A stretch of 64,000 nt of DNA from an uncultured bacterium (GCA_963726455.1 CAVSCK010000004.1:416001-480000); one strand, 5' to 3'. Positions 1-10,376 are shown, counted from the first letter of the stretch. Made by a program: numbers and translations. Notes: generated from the sequence alone by a model not told the origin.

Positions 1-280
1 CAATCTGATATCATCGCGCATCTATCTGGAAGATGTCATTAAGGAACATCCGGAAGCCAAGTGCATTCCGGAGGCGCTCTACATGCTGGCAAGGGTCGAC
101 GAGAAAGAAAAGAAATACGGCGATGCTCGCGATAAGCTCGGAAATCTGATAGCGAACTTCCCTAAATCCGAGTATGCGGGCAAGGCCGCCAAACTCAAAA
201 CCAAGATGGAAGCCAAAATGGCCGCCAGCAGTGCGACCGGCCGGGATTCTATCAAGGTGACGCAACGGAAAAGTGAGTGA
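1..280 (+). CDS. bamD: 3' end of TPR protein, probably outer-membrane assembly lipoprotein BamD (5'-truncated by window)
   Basis: Frame open from base 2: ...SRIYLEDVIKEHPEAKCIPEALYMLA...LIANFPKSEYAGKA, which are TPR/BamD-like helices. Overlaps the nadD start. Confidence 0.6.
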   Translation, partial: NLISSRIYLEDVIKEHPEAKCIPEALYMLARVDEKEKKYGDARDKLGNLIANFPKSEYAGKAAKLKTKMEAKMAASSATGRDSIKVTQRKSE

Positions 281-854
281 GCGTCTCGGCGTACTGGGCG
301 GGGCGTTCGACCCGATTCATCTCGGACATCTAATTCTCGCCTCGGAAGCGAAACGGCAACTCGATTTGCATCGTGTACTGTTTGTTCCGACTTACGAATC
401 AGCACACCAGAACAAACCAATCGGAACATCGTTTGCGCATCGATGCGCGATGGTGAAGATCGGTATTTGCGATCACAACGATTTTGTCCTGTCAGACATC
501 GAAAGCAAACATGAGGGCAAATCGTACACTGTCAAGACGATTGAATTGCTTCGGAACGTATATCATGAAGCCGAATTCTTCTTTATCATGGGCGCCGACA
601 GTCTGGAACAACTCGGCACCTGGCATGAGCCAGATAAGCTGATGACGCTGGCAAAATTAGTCGTAGCTCAACGGCCGGGACATGAGGCGGCAAGTGCAGG
701 TCTCAAGCCGGGCATAATCTCAATAGATATGCCCCTGGTCGGCATTTCTGCGTCAGATATTCGACTGCGTGTCCGCAAAGGAATGCCGATTCGGTTTCTG
801 GTGCCCGGCGCCGTAGAAGAATATATTAGGCGTGAAGGATTGTATCGGGATTGA
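273..854 (+). CDS. nadD: Nicotinate-nucleotide adenylyltransferase
   Basis: GGAFDPIHLGH (HxGH), SYTVKT, FIMGADS, ISASDIR and C-terminal YIRREGLY motifs. Confidence 0.95.
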   Translation: MSERLGVLGGAFDPIHLGHLILASEAKRQLDLHRVLFVPTYESAHQNKPIGTSFAHRCAMVKIGICDHNDFVLSDIESKHEGKSYTVKTIELLRNVYHEAEFFFIMGADSLEQLGTWHEPDKLMTLAKLVVAQRPGHEAASAGLKPGIISIDMPLVGISASDIRLRVRKGMPIRFLVPGAVEEYIRREGLYRD

Positions 855-856
855 AT

Positions 857-3562
857 ATGGCGAATGAGCGGCTTTTCTTGATTGACGGCAGTGCCCTGGC
901 ATACAGGTCGTACTACGCCTTTGCCCAGAATCCGCTGCGCACGAAACGTGGGGAGCATACGTCCGTGGTGTACGGTTTCGCGACGACTATCCTGCGAATT
1001 CTCGCCAAGGAAAAGCCATCACACATTGCGGTTGCGCTAGATAGCAAGGAGCCAAGCTTTCGACGGGACATGTATGTCGATTACAAGGCGAATCGTCCCA
1101 CCATGCCGGAAGAAATGCAGGAGCAACTTCCTCGGTTGGACGAATTGCTGAAAGTGATGGAAGTTCCCACGTTGCGCCAACCCGGTTATGAAGCCGATGA
1201 CTTGATTGCCACGGCGACCGTCAAAGCAGTGAAGATGGGATGGGAAGTTGTTATCGTAACCGGCGACAAGGATATGTTTCAATTGGTCAATGACAAAGTC
1301 AAGGTCTGGAATCTCAAGAAAGTCTCTGAGGCGGGAGAATGGATCGACCGTGAAGCCGTTAAGGCCAAGATGGGAGTCTATCCGGAACAAATCGTGGACC
1401 TACAGGGATTGACCGGCGACAGTACCGACAACGTGCCGGGGGTGACGGGAGTCGGCCCTAAGACGGCCGTGCAACTCTTGGAAGAGTTCGGATCGTTTGA
1501 CAAGGTGTTCGCCAACGTCGACAAAGTGAAACGCGATAAACTGCGCCAGATGCTGACTGATCACAAAGATCAAGCGTACCTGTCGCGGCAATTGGTGACG
1601 TTGGAAACCAATGCGAAATACCCGATGGATTTCGACAAGATGCGCACGCCGGCTCTTAATTCGGCTGAACTCAAGAAACTGTTTCTGGAGTTGGATTTTG
1701 TGTCGCTTTCCAAATCGCTCGGGCAATCCACAGAGGAATCGACGGAGCAGTCGACGCAGGCAAAACAGAATTATCAGACGATAGATTCGCGTGAGTTGCT
1801 GGAGAAGGTCGTCACGAGGATCAAGGAAAAGAAGCTGTTTGCATTCGATACGGAGACAACGGGGTTGGATCCGCTGGCCTGTGGGTTGGTCGGCATCTCG
1901 CTGGCGATTGGAGAGGGCGAAGCATATTACATCCCGCTCGGGCATGTTGGCTTGGAGAGCACGAATCTCGACGCCAAGCTGTGCCTTGAATTGCTCAATC
2001 CGGTGATGGCGGACAGCGGCATCAAGAAGATCGCCCAGAATTTCAAGTTTGATTACCACATGTTGTCGCGGAATGGCTATACCATTTCGTCGTTCGATTA
2101 CGATCCGATGCTGTCGTCATACGTGATCGATCCGGCCGGCCAGCATGGACTCGATTCACTGGCGATGAAACACTTCAATTATACCATGCAGCCGATAACC
2201 GACTTGATCGGCACCGGGAAGAAGCAGAAATCGTTTGCGGATGTACCGGTGGACAAGGCGACGTTCTATTCTGCGGAGGACGCTGACTTCACGTTTCGAC
2301 TGGCCCTCAAGCTCGAACCTCTGGTCAAAGAGATCGGAGCGGAGAAGCTGCTGCACGAGATCGAATTGCCGCTGTGCCGCGTGCTGGCGGATATGGAAGC
2401 CGCGGGCGTCAAGATCGACGTGCCGTTCCTGCAGAGGATGTCGAAGGAGTTCACCAGCGAACTTGAGAAAATTGTGTTCGATATTTACACGCTGGCGGGT
2501 AAGGAGTTCAATATCAACTCCACGTCGCAGTTGGCGGAAATACTGTTTAATCAGCTTAAGCTCAAGCCGATGTACAAGACCACCAAGAAGACCGGCTTTT
2601 CGACCGACGTCACGGTCTTGATGGAACTTGCCAAGCAGCACGATCTTCCGAAGCGCATTCTGGACTATCGCAAACTGCAGAAGCTGAAATCCACCTACGT
2701 CGATGCGCTGCCGAAGTTGGTGAACCCGCGCACAGGCCGAGTCCACACGTCGTACAACCAGGCGGTGGCTGCGACCGGACGGTTGTCGTCGACTGATCCA
2801 AATTTGCAGAACATCCCGATTCGCACAGAGGAAGGCAGCCAGATTCGCAAAGCGTTTGTTCCGGCAGACAAACAGCACAAGATTCTAACGGCGGACTATT
2901 CGCAAATCGAACTGCGTATTCTGGCGCATTTCGCTGATGAAAAACCACTGATTGAATCCTTCCACAACGGCGAGGACATTCATCGGCGGACTGCCTCGGA
3001 AGTGTTCGGTGTCGAAATTTCCGCCGTCACTCCCACCATGCGGCGCGTTGCCAAGACCGCCAACTTTGCGGTCATTTATGGTGTCACCGCTTACGGGCTT
3101 TCACAGCAGTCAGACATGACAGTGCCCGAAGCGAAGGAGTTTATTGACATCTACTTCAAGCGTTACCCCAAGATTCGCAGCTTCATTGACGACACGATCG
3201 CCGAGGCGCGCCGACAGGGTTATGTCACGACGCTATTTGAGCGCCGCCGGTATCTGCCGGAAATAAACTCCAAGAACACCGGGCTGCGTCAATTCGCCGA
3301 GCGGACTGCGGTCAACACGGTGATTCAAGGCACCGCGGCGGATATGATCAAAATTGCCATGATCGAGATCGATAAGCAGTTGCGGGGAATGACCTCGAAG
3401 ATGATATTGCAGGTACATGATGAACTGGTATTTGACACGCACGAATCCGAAGTCGAGAAGGTGAAGAAGATCGTTCGCGATAAGATGGAAGGATGCGTTA
3501 AGCTCACGGTCCCGATAACGGTCGAGATGGGCGTCGGCGACAACTGGCTGGAAAGCAAGTAA
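857..3562 (+). CDS. polA: DNA polymerase I
   Basis: 5'-3' exonuclease LIDGSALAYR/EADD, 3'-5' exonuclease FDTETT, polymerase TGRLSSTDPNLQNIP, ADYSQIELR, LQVHDEL. ATG at 857. Confidence 0.98.
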   Translation: MANERLFLIDGSALAYRSYYAFAQNPLRTKRGEHTSVVYGFATTILRILAKEKPSHIAVALDSKEPSFRRDMYVDYKANRPTMPEEMQEQLPRLDELLKVMEVPTLRQPGYEADDLIATATVKAVKMGWEVVIVTGDKDMFQLVNDKVKVWNLKKVSEAGEWIDREAVKAKMGVYPEQIVDLQGLTGDSTDNVPGVTGVGPKTAVQLLEEFGSFDKVFANVDKVKRDKLRQMLTDHKDQAYLSRQLVTLETNAKYPMDFDKMRTPALNSAELKKLFLELDFVSLSKSLGQSTEESTEQSTQAKQNYQTIDSRELLEKVVTRIKEKKLFAFDTETTGLDPLACGLVGISLAIGEGEAYYIPLGHVGLESTNLDAKLCLELLNPVMADSGIKKIAQNFKFDYHMLSRNGYTISSFDYDPMLSSYVIDPAGQHGLDSLAMKHFNYTMQPITDLIGTGKKQKSFADVPVDKATFYSAEDADFTFRLALKLEPLVKEIGAEKLLHEIELPLCRVLADMEAAGVKIDVPFLQRMSKEFTSELEKIVFDIYTLAGKEFNINSTSQLAEILFNQLKLKPMYKTTKKTGFSTDVTVLMELAKQHDLPKRILDYRKLQKLKSTYVDALPKLVNPRTGRVHTSYNQAVAATGRLSSTDPNLQNIPIRTEEGSQIRKAFVPADKQHKILTADYSQIELRILAHFADEKPLIESFHNGEDIHRRTASEVFGVEISAVTPTMRRVAKTANFAVIYGVTAYGLSQQSDMTVPEAKEFIDIYFKRYPKIRSFIDDTIAEARRQGYVTTLFERRRYLPEINSKNTGLRQFAERTAVNTVIQGTAADMIKIAMIEIDKQLRGMTSKMILQVHDELVFDTHESEVEKVKKIVRDKMEGCVKLTVPITVEMGVGDNWLESK

Positions 3563-3571
3563 GCGACTGCT

Positions 3572-4819
3572 ATGTCACGTAAAGGTAAACGGCGCCAGGA
3601 AGAGAAGGCGAAGCGTCCGGTCCGGCCAAAACCGACGTTCGGACGCTATTACCGGCACTATCGCGAAACCTTCAACAAGATATTCCTCTGGGCGGGAATC
3701 ATTGCCGGGGCAGTCGCCATCGTCGCGGTTGTTGTACTTCTACTTCAGCATCATAGCGTTTCGCTGACCAAAGGCGACTATCTCAAAGACGCCCGCAAAA
3801 ACATGGCGCTCGGTTATTTCGACCGCGCCGTCGTTAGCTATCATCAGGCGGAAAACGCCGATCCAACTGACACCAAGATTCGGGACGAAATCACTATGGC
3901 AAGATCTCGGGCGGATTTGTCGCAGGGCGGCCCGTTGTCGCGCGCTCAGGGAGCGACCGCGCAGGTTCTGGTAGGGGACTCGACGCTCGCTGTAGCACAT
4001 GCAGGTTTGGCACAGCTATATGCCGTACAAGGAAACTATAATCAGGCGGTTGCGCAGGCATATACGGCCCTCAGGTTTGGCCAACTGGAAGGCGATACCG
4101 CCGCACTGCTGGCGGCATCCCTCGTGTTGACATCCTACTATCGGCAAGAAGACATGTATGATTCAGCCGTTACGTATGGCAAGCAGGCGGTCGATCTCGC
4201 GAATGTCGTGAACGATCCTGCCAACATCCTCATGGCAGAAGTGGGTGCGGGACATGCGTTGTTGCGGCAGGGGAAGCTGGAGCAGGGGAAGCTCTTCTTT
4301 GAGGACATTGTCGCCCGCGCCGGTGCGAGCAACAGTTACTTCGAGGGCGCCGGCAAGGTTGGCTTGGCCGATTATTACCAGCGTTCCGGCAACCAGGACT
4401 CCGCCAAGTTTTATGCAATGTCGGTTGAGAGTGCCCTATCCGGAGCCGGACCTAGTGAGGTCAGCGCCTATGCAATGCAGATTCATGGACGTAGTCTCCG
4501 AGACAGCGGCGCGGCAGGCGAAGCCGTATCCAAGTTCACTGATGCCCTTGGTCTGTGGCAGAAAGTGCGAAATCAAGCGAGTCTCGTAGACAACCTGAAC
4601 GACTTGGCGCGGGCCTATTACGATCTGAAGGATTACTTTAATGCGCGCAAGTATTTCACTGTGGCAGCGAAACTTGCGACAAAGTATGGTTTTCGCCAGA
4701 AAGACCTTTACAGCGCCGATATGAATCTGCGTTTCTTGAGATCGCTGAAGCAGGACGAGTATCTCAAGGCGGGCGATGAAGGCACCAGTCTCGTTGCGCA
4801 GTACTCAGTTTGGCTGTAG
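3572..4819 (+). CDS. Membrane-anchored tetratricopeptide-repeat protein
   Basis: Basic N-terminus, one TM helix (IFLWAGIIAGAVAIVAVVVLLL), then TPR-like Ala/Tyr/Gly helices. Lies between polA and coaE. Confidence 0.75.
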   Translation: MSRKGKRRQEEKAKRPVRPKPTFGRYYRHYRETFNKIFLWAGIIAGAVAIVAVVVLLLQHHSVSLTKGDYLKDARKNMALGYFDRAVVSYHQAENADPTDTKIRDEITMARSRADLSQGGPLSRAQGATAQVLVGDSTLAVAHAGLAQLYAVQGNYNQAVAQAYTALRFGQLEGDTAALLAASLVLTSYYRQEDMYDSAVTYGKQAVDLANVVNDPANILMAEVGAGHALLRQGKLEQGKLFFEDIVARAGASNSYFEGAGKVGLADYYQRSGNQDSAKFYAMSVESALSGAGPSEVSAYAMQIHGRSLRDSGAAGEAVSKFTDALGLWQKVRNQASLVDNLNDLARAYYDLKDYFNARKYFTVAAKLATKYGFRQKDLYSADMNLRFLRSLKQDEYLKAGDEGTSLVAQYSVWL

Positions 4820-4829
4820 CTTCTCCGAG

Positions 4830-5462
4830 ATGATCACCGTCGGAATCACCGGTCAGATTGGCTGCGGCAAGAGCGTCGTTGCGAAAGAGTTTCGTCGACT
4901 CGGCGCCGTTGTTCTCTCCGGCGATCAGCTTGGCAAAGACGCAGTCAACAAACACCCTCAAGTTCTGAGGTCACTCGTCAAAGCATTCGGAAACGATATT
5001 CTCAACCGGACCGGCCAACTTGACCGAAAACGTCTGGGACGACTGGCATTCGCTGATCCGACCAGGACGCGGCTGCTTGACAAGATTGTGCATCCCTGGC
5101 TGCTGAAAGAACTTCGCTCGGACATCAGGAAGGTGCAATCGCGCGGACTTGCTAAGATGGTAATCGTCGACGCGGCATTGATTTTCGATTGGCGCCTCGA
5201 ACGCGAGTTGGACTACGTCATAGTAGTCGAGAGCACTCTCGCAAATCAGCTTGCACGGGTCGTGACACGCGGCCTGACGGAAAGGGAAATCCGCGACCGT
5301 ATTCATCGACAAATCCCCAAATACAAACAACGCCGCAAGGCCGACTTCGTGATCCCCAACAATGGCTCCAAAGACGAATTGATTGCTCGTGCATCGCGTC
5401 TTTACCGGAAACTGGAGCGATTGACGAACGCGCTAACAAGCCAGACAGCCGAGTCAAAGTAA
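4830..5462 (+). CDS. coaE: Dephospho-CoA kinase
   Basis: MITVGITGQIGCGKS P-loop, LDRKRLG, IVHP, ADFVIPNNGS. True ATG at 4830. Confidence 0.93.
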   Translation: MITVGITGQIGCGKSVVAKEFRRLGAVVLSGDQLGKDAVNKHPQVLRSLVKAFGNDILNRTGQLDRKRLGRLAFADPTRTRLLDKIVHPWLLKELRSDIRKVQSRGLAKMVIVDAALIFDWRLERELDYVIVVESTLANQLARVVTRGLTEREIRDRIHRQIPKYKQRRKADFVIPNNGSKDELIARASRLYRKLERLTNALTSQTAESK

Positions 5463-5499
5463 CGGTCGCAGTTCTGCGTCCGTACCCGTATTTATCCAC

Positions 5500-5538
5500 C
5501 TAACACAAAACTAACGTTTGTGCAATTCGCGGCTAACG
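5500..5538 (+). promoter_or_regulatory. Pho-box-like direct repeats with 11-bp period
   Basis: CTAACA (5500), CTAACG (5511) and CTAACG (5533), spaced 11 and 22 bp, upstream of the phosphate porin and pstS. Confidence 0.6.
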
Positions 5539-5603
5539 CCTGAAATCGTTCTATATGGCGAGATGAACGGAGAAGTAAGTGCATTCAACTGCGGAGAAGA
5601 TTA

Positions 5604-6884
5604 ATGAGGACAAAATTGCTGACCGTCATGTTCGCAACCATGATCGTATGCTTCCAATCTGTGAACGCCCAAACGCAGGTCGACAGTTTGAGAGACAGTC
5701 TCCAGACGTTACGCGACAAACTAGAGGGCGTTGACGCAAATCTGGCTACATTGAATTCCGATGTAGGCATTTTGAAGAATCTCAAGGTGAGCGGATACAT
5801 TCAGGCACGGTATGAATACATCGACAGCACCGCCGGCGGCACGGCGCCCAACTCAAATAGCAACATTTACATCCGGCGCGGCCGGGCCAAGTTCACATTT
5901 CAGCCGGGCTCGTCCAGCAAGTATGTGATCTACTTCGACGCCTCCAAGAACTCGGTGTCGTTGAAAGAAGCATTCGTCGAGCTCTACAAGAAGATCGGCA
6001 GACAGAACTTCACGCTGACCGTCGGGCAACAGAATTATCCCTTCGGCTACGAGATCGAATACTCATCCTCCAAACGTGATTTCCCCGAACGCAGTCTAGC
6101 CGAAAACACGTTGTTTAACGGCGAACGCGATCGCGGTATCAACCTGATTTGGGCGTTGCCAAAATATCTTCAATTCAACCTGGGAGCGTTCCAGGGTTAC
6201 GGCATCAACGACGGCACGTTCACCTGGTTTGACCCGACCAAACAGAAAGATATCATCGGCCGCGTGAAGGCGAAGCTTGGCTGGCTAGATCTCGGCGCCT
6301 CGGGATATTGGGGCAAGAGAACACTCCCCGGCTCTGCAGCCGTGGCCGGATCCACGACTTGGTACGACGCCAACGGCGATGGTATCATGCAGCCGAGCGA
6401 AATCAAGACTACTCCTCCAAAGGCAGCCGTGGCTCCTGCCGAGTATAACAAGCTGCGCTACGGCCTCGACGCGCAGGCGTACTTCGACATTCTGCCGATC
6501 GGCAGCAGCGCCGTACGTACTGAGTTCTACTATGCCGAGGATTATAGCAAGCTGGCGAGCGACAAGAAGGGAGCAGGGAAGGGATTCTACGTCTGGCTGT
6601 CACAGAGCATCCGCAAGAAGTTCGCGGCGGCCGCTCGCTACGATTTCTGGGATCCTAACATCCACGGAGATTATGCTGCGGCAAACCCCGCACAACTGGC
6701 GCAGTTACGCGACGACGCCACCGGAACCATGTCGTTCGCGGTTCATTATTTCTGGGATTCATGGGTCAGAATTACGGCAGCTTATGACGTACCTCATTTG
6801 TTAAAGGACGGGTCACTGTTCTCCAAATCGCCGTACGATCGCCCGGACAACCGTTTCACACTGCAATTTCAATTCAGCATATAG
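5604..6884 (+). CDS. Phosphate-selective porin (OprO/OprP-like)
   Basis: Signal peptide, coiled coil, VSGYIQARY, IRRGRAK, GQQNYPFGYE, ERDRG, C-terminal beta-strand FTLQFQFSI. Precedes pstS. Confidence 0.8.
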   Translation: MRTKLLTVMFATMIVCFQSVNAQTQVDSLRDSLQTLRDKLEGVDANLATLNSDVGILKNLKVSGYIQARYEYIDSTAGGTAPNSNSNIYIRRGRAKFTFQPGSSSKYVIYFDASKNSVSLKEAFVELYKKIGRQNFTLTVGQQNYPFGYEIEYSSSKRDFPERSLAENTLFNGERDRGINLIWALPKYLQFNLGAFQGYGINDGTFTWFDPTKQKDIIGRVKAKLGWLDLGASGYWGKRTLPGSAAVAGSTTWYDANGDGIMQPSEIKTTPPKAAVAPAEYNKLRYGLDAQAYFDILPIGSSAVRTEFYYAEDYSKLASDKKGAGKGFYVWLSQSIRKKFAAAARYDFWDPNIHGDYAAANPAQLAQLRDDATGTMSFAVHYFWDSWVRITAAYDVPHLLKDGSLFSKSPYDRPDNRFTLQFQFSI

Positions 6885-6914
6885 TCGCAAGAGGAAGAGA
6901 TAAAGGAGAGATCG

Positions 6915-7776
6915 ATGAACAAGAACAGACACATCACACTAGTAGCTGCTGTCTTAACGTCGCTAGTTGTCTTCGCTGCTGACCAACTTTGCCACGGTAA
7001 GAGCTGCCGCCAAGACGACCATCACCATCAAGGGTTCCGACACAATATTGCCGTTGGGGCAAAGATGGGCGGAAACCTTTATGAGCCAGAATCCCAATTT
7101 CGTGATTCAGGTCACGGGCGGTGGTTCCGGCGTAGGAATTGCCGCGTTGATCAACGGATCGACCGATATCTGCGAGGCCTCACGGCCAATCAAGCAGGGC
7201 GAAATTGACAAGCTGAAAGAACGCTTCAACAGCCCCGGCGTCGAAATTCCCATCGCGCGCGACGGCCTTTCGGTTTACCTGAATGAGCAGAATCCTGTCA
7301 CCGAACTGACGCTCGCGCAAGTCAAGGCGATCTATACAGGTGAGGTTACCAACTGGAAGGAAGTGGGTGGCAAGGATGCGACGATTATTCTCTACGGTCG
7401 CGAAAACAGCTCCGGCACCTATTCATTCCTGAAGGACAATGTCCTCATGGGCGAGGATTTCGCGGCGCAGACTCAGACTCTGCCCGGTACCGCGGCGATT
7501 GTTAATGCCGTCGCCAGAGACGTCAACGGTATCGGGTATGGCGGCGCCGCCTATGCCAAGGGCGTGAAAGACTGTAAAATCAAGAAGGACGATAAATTGA
7601 CCTCATATCTGCCGACAGAGGAGAATATCAGGTCAGGACAATATCCTCTTTCACGCTACCTGTTCTGGTATCTGACTTCAAAACCCAGTGGCGATATTAA
7701 GAAACTGGTCGATTACGTGCTTTCAGACGATGGCCAAAAGATTGTCAAGCTGGTCGGATATTTCCCAGTAAAGTAA
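6915..7776 (+). CDS. pstS: Phosphate ABC transporter substrate-binding protein, frameshifted near 6967-7000
   Basis: ITIKGSDT, VTGGGSGVGIAAL, GRENSSGT, YPLSRYLF. The AGGAG RBS, ATG at 6915 and signal peptide are in a different frame from the mature domain (6967-7776). Confidence 0.88.
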
Positions 7777-7808
7777 CATTCCCGCTCGCCTCTATCGCTT
7801 TCCACTCC

Positions 7809-7848
7809 CGGACGGATGGTCACTCCCTGCCATCCGTCCGTTTGATTT
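7809..7848 (+). terminator. Intrinsic terminator after pstS
   Basis: 11-bp stem CGGACGGATGG / CCATCCGTCCG followed by TTTGATTT, between convergent genes. Confidence 0.7.
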
Positions 7849-7857
7849 ATGCCGCAC

Positions 7858-8760
7858 TTAGTCTTTGTCGCCCTTCTTTGCGGGCTTCTCCTTCTTTTCG
7901 GAAGGGCCCTTCTTCTCCTTCGATTCCTTCGTAGCCGGTTGTTTGTCCCCCGGCTTGCCGGACTTGTCCTTGTTCGCGTTTTTCACCACCGCTTTTGATT
8001 GGAAAGCTTCCTTAATGGCCACCTCGCCATACTTGTGGATTCGACCCTTCTCAACGTCGGCGGGGACGATGCGTTCCACCTTGCTGTTTCCGCCGCCTAC
8101 GGGTTTGAATTTGATCTTGATCGGAGTAATGGTCCGCCCGGTCTGAAGCTCGATGTTCCGAAACTCGGGAAACTGGTGTGAAGCGGTCTTGAGATCGAAC
8201 TCGTTCGCATTGGCCAGACGATAGCGCCAGATGTCTTCCCGCAGGATGTCACTTACATGCACGACGTTCCAGACATGCGTGTCGTAAACCTCAAATTCCT
8301 GCGGCAGTGAATACCCTTCTGGTGGCAGGGGGGCCCAGCCGACAAATTCATCATAAGATATCCACTCGACCCGCTCCGGCTCCCATTCGTAACCGGGAAT
8401 CCAGAACCAGCCAATATCGTTTTGGTAACACCAATTTCCGTGGTGATACACGAGCCAGCCAAAGGGCTCGTACGACATCCAGGTCCAGCCGCGATCGCAC
8501 AATTCCCAATGACCGTAATAGAACGGCGCCCAACCGGCATCGTAATCCGGGTGCCAGACTTCTCCGAACGGCTCAACATCAACCCATTCACCATATTCGG
8601 ACAGGAAGTCGAAATCCGGTGACCGGTAGTCAACTTGCATGTTTGAATCTGAATAGGTGCTGCTTGCGGCGCAGCCGATGAAATTGGCTGCCAGGATCAC
8701 CAGCACAATTGGAACGGCGGCGAGCAATAGTCGCGCCGTAATAGTCTCGATTCTCGCCAT
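7858..8760 (-). CDS. Probable lipoprotein with Trp-rich DUF6600-like domain and Lys-rich tail
   Basis: Signal ending FIGC. LSEYGEW, WAPFYYGHW, WMSYEPFGW, YHHGNW, WIPG, VGWAPLPP. GGAGG RBS. Confidence 0.75.
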   Translation of the reverse strand: MARIETITARLLLAAVPIVLVILAANFIGCAASSTYSDSNMQVDYRSPDFDFLSEYGEWVDVEPFGEVWHPDYDAGWAPFYYGHWELCDRGWTWMSYEPFGWLVYHHGNWCYQNDIGWFWIPGYEWEPERVEWISYDEFVGWAPLPPEGYSLPQEFEVYDTHVWNVVHVSDILREDIWRYRLANANEFDLKTASHQFPEFRNIELQTGRTITPIKIKFKPVGGGNSKVERIVPADVEKGRIHKYGEVAIKEAFQSKAVVKNANKDKSGKPGDKQPATKESKEKKGPSEKKEKPAKKGDKD

Positions 8761-8953
8761 AATCTACCTCCGACTTTACTTAATTGTACCCAACCAGAGC
8801 TATGGAGTTGATAAAACCTTAGGCCACATCATTTCGTGAACCGGCGATCCGACTCACTTATATACCTACGTCACCGGCGCCGGCACCGTATAATAATAGC
8901 AGGAACCTATACATCTTTGCCTCTGTTTATACCCATAGGAGTGCTTTGCGAAT

Positions 8954-10354
8954 ATGACGATTGTTGAACGACTGGCCGCATTTGTAGCGGAGACAACGTA
9001 TGCCGACCTGCCGTCGAACGTGCGCCAGACCCTGAAAATTAGGATCCTCGACTCTCTCGGTTGTGCAATCGCTGCACTTGACGGCGAGCCGATCCGCCTG
9101 ATTCGAGCTGAAATTGACGAGTTTGGCGGTTCGCCTTTGTGCGCTCTGATTGGCGGGGGCAAGACAGCTCCTGATCGCGCCGCATTCTACAATAGCGCGT
9201 TGGTACGATACATCGACTTCAACGATTCATTTCTCGCGCCGGACGAAACCTGCCACCCCAGCGACAATCTGGGCGGAATTCTCGCTGCCACCGAATATGC
9301 CGACGGGAATGGAAGCGATCTATTGACCGCCCTCGCGATTGCTTATGCCGTTCAGTGCCGTCTCAGCGAAATTGCTCCGGTACGAGCGAAAGGATTTGAT
9401 CACACGGTGCAGGGCGCCTACGCTGCTGCCGCCGGTATTGCCAAGGCACTTCGGCTTGATGCCACGAAAACCGCAAATGCCATCGCCATCAGTGGTACAG
9501 CAAACAATGCTTTGCGTGTCACGCGCACCGGCCCGCTGTCACATTGGAAAGGCCTGGCATATCCCAACACCGTTCTTGGAGCCATGCACGCCGCCTTTCT
9601 GGCAAAGTATGGTATCACCGGTCCGCCTGAAGTATTCGAGGGCAACAAGGGTTTCATGGATTCCATCGCTGGGCGTTTCGAACATGAATGGTCGCGGGAC
9701 GATTTCGCCCTGATCTTGCGTACGATTGTCAAGAAATACAATGCCGAGATTCATTCGCAGTCAGTGCTCGAGGGAGTGCTGGAATTGAAGCAGCGTCATG
9801 CGTTCGACCCCAAGGATATCGAGACCGTTGATGTCGGAGTGTTCGACGTCGCGTTCAATATTATCGGTGGCGGGGAAGAGGGTGACAAGAAGACGGTACA
9901 CACGAAGGAGCAGGCCGATCATAGTTTGCCATACATGGTGACAGTTGCGCTGCTGGACAGCGAAGTTATGCCGCGTCAGTACTTGCCAAGTCGTATTGTT
10001 CGGTCTGACGTGCAAGATCTGCTTAGGAAGATAAACGTGCGGCCGGTACCGGAATACAGCCGGCGTTTCCCGAATGAGATGCCGTGTCGCATTACCATTC
10101 ACTTGACGGGTGGGCGCGTGTTTACGATTGAAAAGAGCGATTACGAGGGGTTTAACACCCGGCCGATAGGATGGAACACGGTCGTCGAGAAGTTTAGACG
10201 ATTGGTCGCCCCATATGCTGATGAATCACTTCAAGACCGTATCATCGCGACCGTCGCTGACATCGAGAATTATTCTGTCGCGACCCTAATGGAGTCGCTG
10301 GCTTCCATCACTCAGCGGGGGAGCATCGGACAAGCCGAAACCTCCCGCACCTAG
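8954..10354 (+). CDS. MmgE/PrpD family dehydratase-like protein
   Basis: DSLGCAIAAL, RYIDFNDS, CHPSDN, LSHWKG, VFEGNKG, EQADHSLPY. Confidence 0.9.
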   Translation: MTIVERLAAFVAETTYADLPSNVRQTLKIRILDSLGCAIAALDGEPIRLIRAEIDEFGGSPLCALIGGGKTAPDRAAFYNSALVRYIDFNDSFLAPDETCHPSDNLGGILAATEYADGNGSDLLTALAIAYAVQCRLSEIAPVRAKGFDHTVQGAYAAAAGIAKALRLDATKTANAIAISGTANNALRVTRTGPLSHWKGLAYPNTVLGAMHAAFLAKYGITGPPEVFEGNKGFMDSIAGRFEHEWSRDDFALILRTIVKKYNAEIHSQSVLEGVLELKQRHAFDPKDIETVDVGVFDVAFNIIGGGEEGDKKTVHTKEQADHSLPYMVTVALLDSEVMPRQYLPSRIVRSDVQDLLRKINVRPVPEYSRRFPNEMPCRITIHLTGGRVFTIEKSDYEGFNTRPIGWNTVVEKFRRLVAPYADESLQDRIIATVADIENYSVATLMESLASITQRGSIGQAETSRT

Positions 10355-10376
10355 ACTGATCAAAAGGAGACGTAAT

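Noticed and set aside
6960-7005. Programmed ribosomal frameshift in pstS
   Set aside because: No slippery sequence or stimulatory structure was seen, and other indels nearby point to sequence error.
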